Part shown: positions 59,708 through 64,000 of the stretch, one piece after another
How positions within the stretch are numbered: the first letter of the stretch is position 1
Layout of the letters: every line of letters begins with the position of its first letter
Assembly (NCBI GenBank): GCA_934101225.1
Contig: CAKOQK010000003.1
Span: forward strand, 6,186-70,185
Origin: an uncultured Bacilli bacterium
GTDB lineage: Bacteria > Bacillota_I > Bacilli_A > RF39 > UBA660
Direction: 5' to 3'
DNA length: 64,000 nt
The notes under the pieces: model-generated
Seen by the model: only the letters and a program-made list of their open reading frames with translations
The model's database searches: none
Told to the model about the DNA's origin: nothing
Translations under genes and position numbers: made by a program

Positions 59708-60334
59708 GTGATTAAAATGAATTATAAAAATATCTTAAAAACTTTTTTTGTTTATATGATAGCAATTGTCTTAATGGATTCTTTAACTAACGCATATAAG
59801 AATAATGTTTTATTATATACAATCTTACAAATAATATTTTTAATTATAACTTTATTTATAATATTAAAAATAAACAAAATAAAACTTAAATCTATTAAGA
59901 AACCATCAAAAAAAGATTATATTACAACCATTATAATCTTTTCTATATTTACCACATTAACACTATTAACTACTTATATTATTAATAAATTTATATCTAT
60001 ACCTTTAAATGAAGAATTAATAAGAGAAGAATTTATCAAATACCCTATTTTATCTATAATAAGTTCTTGTTTAATTACTCCAATTATTGAAGAACTACTA
60101 TTTAGATATAATTTTAAAAATATTAAAAATAAATATTTATACATAATAATTACTACACTATTTTTTAGTCTATTACACCTTAGTTCATTAAATGAAATAT
60201 TATATCTTATTCCCTACTCATTTATGGGAATTATGTTTAGTTATTCTTATATTAAAACTAATAATTTATTATCACCAATTATATGTCATATATTATACAA
60301 CATTATAAATGTTATTATATTATTTTATTTTTAG
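59708..60334 (+). CDS. CPBP family intramembrane metalloprotease (CAAX protease/Abi)
   Basis: 208 aa with EELLFR and FFSLLH motifs. Confidence 0.65.
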   Translation: MIKMNYKNILKTFFVYMIAIVLMDSLTNAYKNNVLLYTILQIIFLIITLFIILKINKIKLKSIKKPSKKDYITTIIIFSIFTTLTLLTTYIINKFISIPLNEELIREEFIKYPILSIISSCLITPIIEELLFRYNFKNIKNKYLYIIITTLFFSLLHLSSLNEILYLIPYSFMGIMFSYSYIKTNNLLSPIICHILYNIINVIILFYF

Positions 60335-60343
60335 GAGAATCAT

Positions 60344-61129
60344 ATGAAAAAAACAATTATATTTATTATTTTATTATTATCTTTAACTTTTTTATATAGT
60401 AAATATATAGAACCAAATAAATTTAAAGTAAGAGAATATAGTGTTATATCCTCATCTATACCAGAAAGTTTTAATGGTTATAAAATAGTTCATTTAACTG
60501 ATATTTATTATTTAGATAAAGATTTAACTAGTATAATTAACAAAATAAATGAATTAACACCTGACTTAGTTGTATTTACCGGTAACTTATTACACACAAA
60601 CTTTAATAAAGAAAATAAAGATAAATTAATAAACTATTTAAACTTAATTAATTCTAAATATGGAATATATTACGTACTAGGAGATACTGATCAAAATGAT
60701 ACTTTTAAAGAAATAATAAGTAGTACTAATATCAAAGTTTTAACTAATGAATATACTCTTTTATATAACAATAATTATACACCCATAATGCTAATTGGAC
60801 TTGATAATAATTTAGATATTGATAAAACTTTTAATTATGAAGAAAATAATTACTATAAAATAGTCCTATCTCATAAACCAGATAACTTTGATTTAATTGA
60901 GAATAAAAATATAAATTTATTCTTAGCTGGTAATTCCCTAAATGGTCAAATTAGACTTCCATTTATTGGAGCTATTATCAAAAAAGAAGGATCAAAAAAA
61001 TATTATGATGAAAAATATTACATTAATAACACCAATATATTTATCTCTAATGGCTTAGGTAACCCTAAATATGATATTAGATTTTTAAATACTCCTTCAA
61101 TTAATTTTTATAGATTATATAGCAAATAA
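60344..61129 (+). CDS. calcineurin-like metallophosphoesterase, membrane-anchored
   Basis: 261 aa with HLTDIYY and LVVFTGNLLH (GDxHG/GNH-like) motifs. Confidence 0.5.
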   Translation: MKKTIIFIILLLSLTFLYSKYIEPNKFKVREYSVISSSIPESFNGYKIVHLTDIYYLDKDLTSIINKINELTPDLVVFTGNLLHTNFNKENKDKLINYLNLINSKYGIYYVLGDTDQNDTFKEIISSTNIKVLTNEYTLLYNNNYTPIMLIGLDNNLDIDKTFNYEENNYYKIVLSHKPDNFDLIENKNINLFLAGNSLNGQIRLPFIGAIIKKEGSKKYYDEKYYINNTNIFISNGLGNPKYDIRFLNTPSINFYRLYSK

Positions 61130-61169
61130 AACTCCTTATCATAAAATAAAAAAGAAAGGAGTTTTTCTT

Positions 61170-61391
61170 ATGCAAAATTATTCATATTATCAATATGATC
61201 AAAATAGAGGCTTTTGGGTACCATTAATTTTAGGTGGACTTGGAGGAGCAGCTATAGTTGGGGCATCACGTCCTAGACCAGTTTATGTAAATCCAAATCA
61301 AAATTACATACCATATCAAACTATACCTTCATATGGTTATAATTATTATGGTGGCTATAACTATAGTCCTTATTACCCATATTATAGATAA
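61170..61391 (+). CDS. small Tyr/Gly/Pro-rich protein (73 aa), spore-coat-like low complexity
   Basis: SD aaaggagtt. The C-terminus SYGYNYYGGYNYSPYYPYYR overlaps the 3' end of the convergent SEDS gene. Confidence 0.35.
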   Translation: MQNYSYYQYDQNRGFWVPLILGGLGGAAIVGASRPRPVYVNPNQNYIPYQTIPSYGYNYYGGYNYSPYYPYYR

Positions 61392-62412
61392 TACTTAAAA
61401 GTATAATTATTGATAAACTAGAACTACCACCATAACTTAGCAATGGATAAGTTATACCAATAATAGGAAATAACCCTATATTCATTAAAATATTAATTAT
61501 ACACTGTATAACAATAAAATTAACACATGTTTTAACCATATACTTATCTTTACTTATTTTACCTAAATTAATAATAAATATTAAAAATATTATCATATAA
61601 ATAATAAAACCAACTAAACCAAAATTAGCAATTAAAAGAGTTATTGCAAAATCAGTTACTGCTTCAGGAAAATAAACTCTTTTTTTAATACCAAAAAATC
61701 CAGATAATGAAATACTTTTTATAGCATTCTCAATTTGATAACCTTCTCTATTAATGAAATTAGTTATTCTATCCATACGATAAAAAAAATTAGTTCCAAA
61801 TAAATTAATAAATAAATCATTATTAAAAGAATACAAGTATATAAAAGAAATAATAAAAACTGATGTAATTGACACTCCAAATATGTAATACCACTTATTT
61901 AATTTTTTTAAAAATAAGAAAGTAATTAATATAACTATATAACTAATTATAGGCCCTGTATCAGGCTCTAAAAACACAAGTACACTAGGAATTAGAGTTA
62001 TAATTAAACAAACTAAAACATATTTAAAATCATTTAAATCATAATTAATAGTAATATATCTTAAATAAAGAATTAAACCTATTTTCATAAATTCACTAGC
62101 TTGAAAAGATATTCCAAATATTTTAATCCAGGACCTACTCCCATTTACGTTTACTCCAAATAACAGAGTAATAACTAAAAGTATTATTCCTATTAAATAA
62201 ACATACAAACTATTATCTAATATAAAATTTATATTAATTATAGATAACAAATAAAAAATTACAAAGCCTAAACTAAACCAAATAATTTCTTTAATAAAAT
62301 AATTACTATAACTATCCAAATAATATTTTCCATAATAACTATTAACTATACTAATAATAATTAATAAAATCAAAGACATTATAAATTTCTTTTTCATATT
62401 AATATTTTGCAT
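61321..62412 (-). CDS. SEDS family protein (FtsW/RodA/SpoVE)
   Basis: 363 aa, about 10 TM helices, with a PLLSYGGSS motif. Confidence 0.7.
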   Translation of the reverse strand: MQNINMKKKFIMSLILLIIISIVNSYYGKYYLDSYSNYFIKEIIWFSLGFVIFYLLSIININFILDNSLYVYLIGIILLVITLLFGVNVNGSRSWIKIFGISFQASEFMKIGLILYLRYITINYDLNDFKYVLVCLIITLIPSVLVFLEPDTGPIISYIVILITFLFLKKLNKWYYIFGVSITSVFIISFIYLYSFNNDLFINLFGTNFFYRMDRITNFINREGYQIENAIKSISLSGFFGIKKRVYFPEAVTDFAITLLIANFGLVGFIIYMIIFLIFIINLGKISKDKYMVKTCVNFIVIQCIINILMNIGLFPIIGITYPLLSYGGSSSLSIIILLSIIYNMGNKDYSYSHHNNYNHMKV

Positions 62413-62458
62413 ATTATTTTTATATTTATTACATATAATTTACTATAAGGAGGAACTT

Positions 62459-62689
62459 ATGGAGTTACCAGAAATCTTTAAAAACAAAATTAATATAAAC
62501 AAAGAAGATAAATATTATAGAGGTTCTTTTGAAAAAGCAAATGAATTAAAATTGCCGGCTAAAGTAAAAATTAGATATCAAAATCATGAATTTACTACTA
62601 CTATTGTTAATATGACTAATAACTATTATATAACTAAAGAAGGAAATGTTCTTTATAAAGAAGATGTTACTATAATTAGTCAAAATTAA
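62459..62689 (+). CDS. hypothetical protein (76 aa)
   Basis: SD aaggagg 6 nt before ATG. Followed by the reused terminator. Confidence 0.4.
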   Translation: MELPEIFKNKININKEDKYYRGSFEKANELKLPAKVKIRYQNHEFTTTIVNMTNNYYITKEGNVLYKEDVTIISQN

Positions 62690-62725
62690 AACTCCAATTA
62701 AGGAGTTTATTTTAATTTTTTATAA
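62689..62725. terminator. rho-independent terminator, second copy of the aaactccaattaaggagttt element
   Basis: Identical 29-nt stem-loop to 11729-11758, followed by attttaatttttt. Confidence 0.5.
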
Positions 62726-62773
62726 GTCATTATCTTCATAATACCTCTACAATACCATTAATAATCCAAGTCC

Positions 62774-62842
62774 AATTCCGTGAGATTTTGCTTTCTCATT
62801 CCGTAAGATTTTGCATTCTCATTCCGTAAGATTTTAAATTTC
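62774..62842. repeat. tandem direct repeat, 3 x 23 bp (attccgtRagattttgcWttctc)
   Basis: Units at 62774-62796, 62797-62819 and 62820-62842. The third unit overlaps the stop codon of the SpoVK-like gene. Confidence 0.6.
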
Positions 62843-64000
62843 AATTATATCTTCTTTTAAAATAGTTTCTAATCTTTCTTTATCACTTACATTTTTACAG
62901 TTACTTGCATGCTTAATTATACATTTTTCATATAAATTTCTAGCATACCTTGCATTACCAAAATTATCATCATCAATATGTTTTTCAAATATATTCTCTA
63001 CTTTACTTAAAGCATCATCATCTATTTTAAAGTTAGACTTTCCAACAAATAACTTAAATATTTCTAATAATTCACCACTTGTATAATTCGGAAAATTAAA
63101 AGTATAACCAATTCTTGATTTAATACCTGAATTAGATTCTAAAAATGGTTTCATCTCTTTAGTATAACCAGCAAATATAACTACAAAATCTTCTCGATAA
63201 TCTTCCATAGCTTTAATTAAAGTTGCTACTGCCTCTTCATTATAACTATTATTCTTACTATATAAAGTATATGCCTCATCTATAAATAATACTCCACCCA
63301 TAGCCTTATTAATAATTGAACTTGTTTTAGGACCAGTTTGACCAACATATTCACCAACTAAATCCTTAGCAGTTACTTCAACTAATTTATTATACTTAAT
63401 ATATTTTAAATCATATAAAATATTAGCAAGTATTCTAGCAACTGTTGTCTTACCAGTTCCCGGATTACCTAAAAAGACCATATGTAAATTAACATCATTT
63501 ATTTTTACATCACCATTTGTCTTCTTCTTTAAAGAAATTAAATCTATTAACTCATAAATTGTTTTCTTAATATCATATAATCCAATTAAACTATTTAATT
63601 CTTTTAATATATCATCAATACTTTTATCTTTATTTAAAATAGGTACATCATTATTAAAAGCAATAAAACTAACTAAATTATCTCTGAAAGTAGGATAATC
63701 TAAACTACTTTTATTAAAACTATTATTTATATAATCTTCTAATTTTATATTATCTATTTCTTTATTTAATCTATTCTTAATATCATTAATTACATATATA
63801 GTATCAGGTAATACTTCATTTAAATGATAACTAAAATAACCATTTTCTAATTCATTATCATTTTTAATAAAATCTTTTAATACATCATCTCTATCATTTA
63901 ATATAACAATATTTTTATTCTTACTATTATCCTTTAAAATATGAATTAATTTATTTATATCACTATTATTTAACCCTAAAAAATTACTAATAACAAGAAT
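62834..64000 (-). CDS. SpoVK/CbbX-like AAA+ ATPase (5' end beyond window)
   Basis: Walker A GNPGTGKTTVAR and Walker B VLFIDEAY. The frame stays open upstream of the annotated Met to at least 63562. Confidence 0.65.
   Translation of the reverse strand: MLVISNFLGLNNSDINKLIHILKDNSKNKNIVILNDRDDVLKDFIKNDNELENGYFSYHLNEVLPDTIYVINDIKNRLNKEIDNIKLEDYINNSFNKSSLDYPTFRDNLVSFIAFNNDVPILNKDKSIDDILKELNSLIGLYDIKKTIYELIDLISLKKKTNGDVKINDVNLHMVFLGNPGTGKTTVARILANILYDLKYIKYNKLVEVTAKDLVGEYVGQTGPKTSSIINKAMGGVLFIDEAYTLYSKNNSYNEEAVATLIKAMEDYREDFVVIFAGYTKEMKPFLESNSGIKSRIGYTFNFPNYTSGELLEIFKLFVGKSNFKIDDDALSKVENIFEKHIDDDNFGNARYARNLYEKCIIKHASNCKNVSDKERLETILKEDIIEI

Noticed and set aside
62774-62842. Possibility that the 3 x 23-bp repeat is a CRISPR array
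   Set aside because: The units are directly adjacent with no spacers, 23 bp is shorter than known CRISPR repeats, and there are no cas genes in the window.
1-64000. Alternative genetic code (TGA=Trp, Mollicutes-like) suggested by the extreme AT content and the in-frame TGA at 25659
   Set aside because: Conserved proteins of up to 1142 aa translate uninterrupted in the standard code. Trp is encoded by TGG throughout. The second interrupted gene uses TAA, not TGA.
1-64000. tRNA/rRNA genes, prophage or IS elements
   Set aside because: No GC-rich cloverleaf-like segments (no GGTTCGAATCC-type T-arm) were seen. No integrase, transposase or terminase-like ORFs. The only notably GC-rich short segments are the T-box core and the 13121-13178 palindrome.

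Overview
This is a 64 kb window from a very AT-rich (about 25% GC) low-GC Firmicute chromosome. It uses the standard bacterial code: long ORFs are uninterrupted and Trp is TGG. About 80% of the genes are on the minus strand. I did not recognise any tRNA, rRNA, CRISPR array, transposase or integrase. SpoIIP-like, SpoVK-like, SEDS and SpoVB-like flippase genes suggest a Clostridia or Erysipelotrichia-type background. Recognisable housekeeping blocks, all on the minus strand, are: asnS (3' partial) and hisS behind a T-box leader; uvrC; relA-dtd; a topA-ltaS-rnhB-rbgA operon; asnB with an editing-domain/HD/MazG operon; and ung. A complete NAD salvage operon (pncA-pncB-nudix-nadE-nadD-pncC-nadK) sits beside an NrtR-like Nudix/wHTH regulator that is translationally coupled to ung. 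The most unusual element lies in the 0.8 kb gap between nrtR and an aminotransferase gene. It is a tandem pair of plus-strand modules. Each has a TTGACC / extended -10 promoter, a 5' hairpin that sequesters the SD, a short very hydrophobic peptide ORF (31 and 44 aa) and two 3' hairpins. I interpret these as candidate type I toxin-antitoxin-like loci. Other points worth a second look: a six-gene operon of uncharacterised proteins downstream of uvrC, one of them apparently frameshifted; an internally duplicated protein with two HExxH motifs coupled to uvrC; a perfect 17-bp inverted repeat over the -35 of a GC-richer surface-protein gene; a 36-bp element duplicated at identical spacing upstream of a P-type ATPase and a hypothetical gene; two pseudogenes with single in-frame stops (TGA, TAA) flanking an M16 peptidase pair; a secreted 1142-aa Cys-rich protein in a cluster with SpoIIP and ATP-grasp genes; a 3 x 23-bp tandem repeat at the 3' end of a SpoVK-like AAA+ gene; and a 29-nt terminator element reused at two loci.
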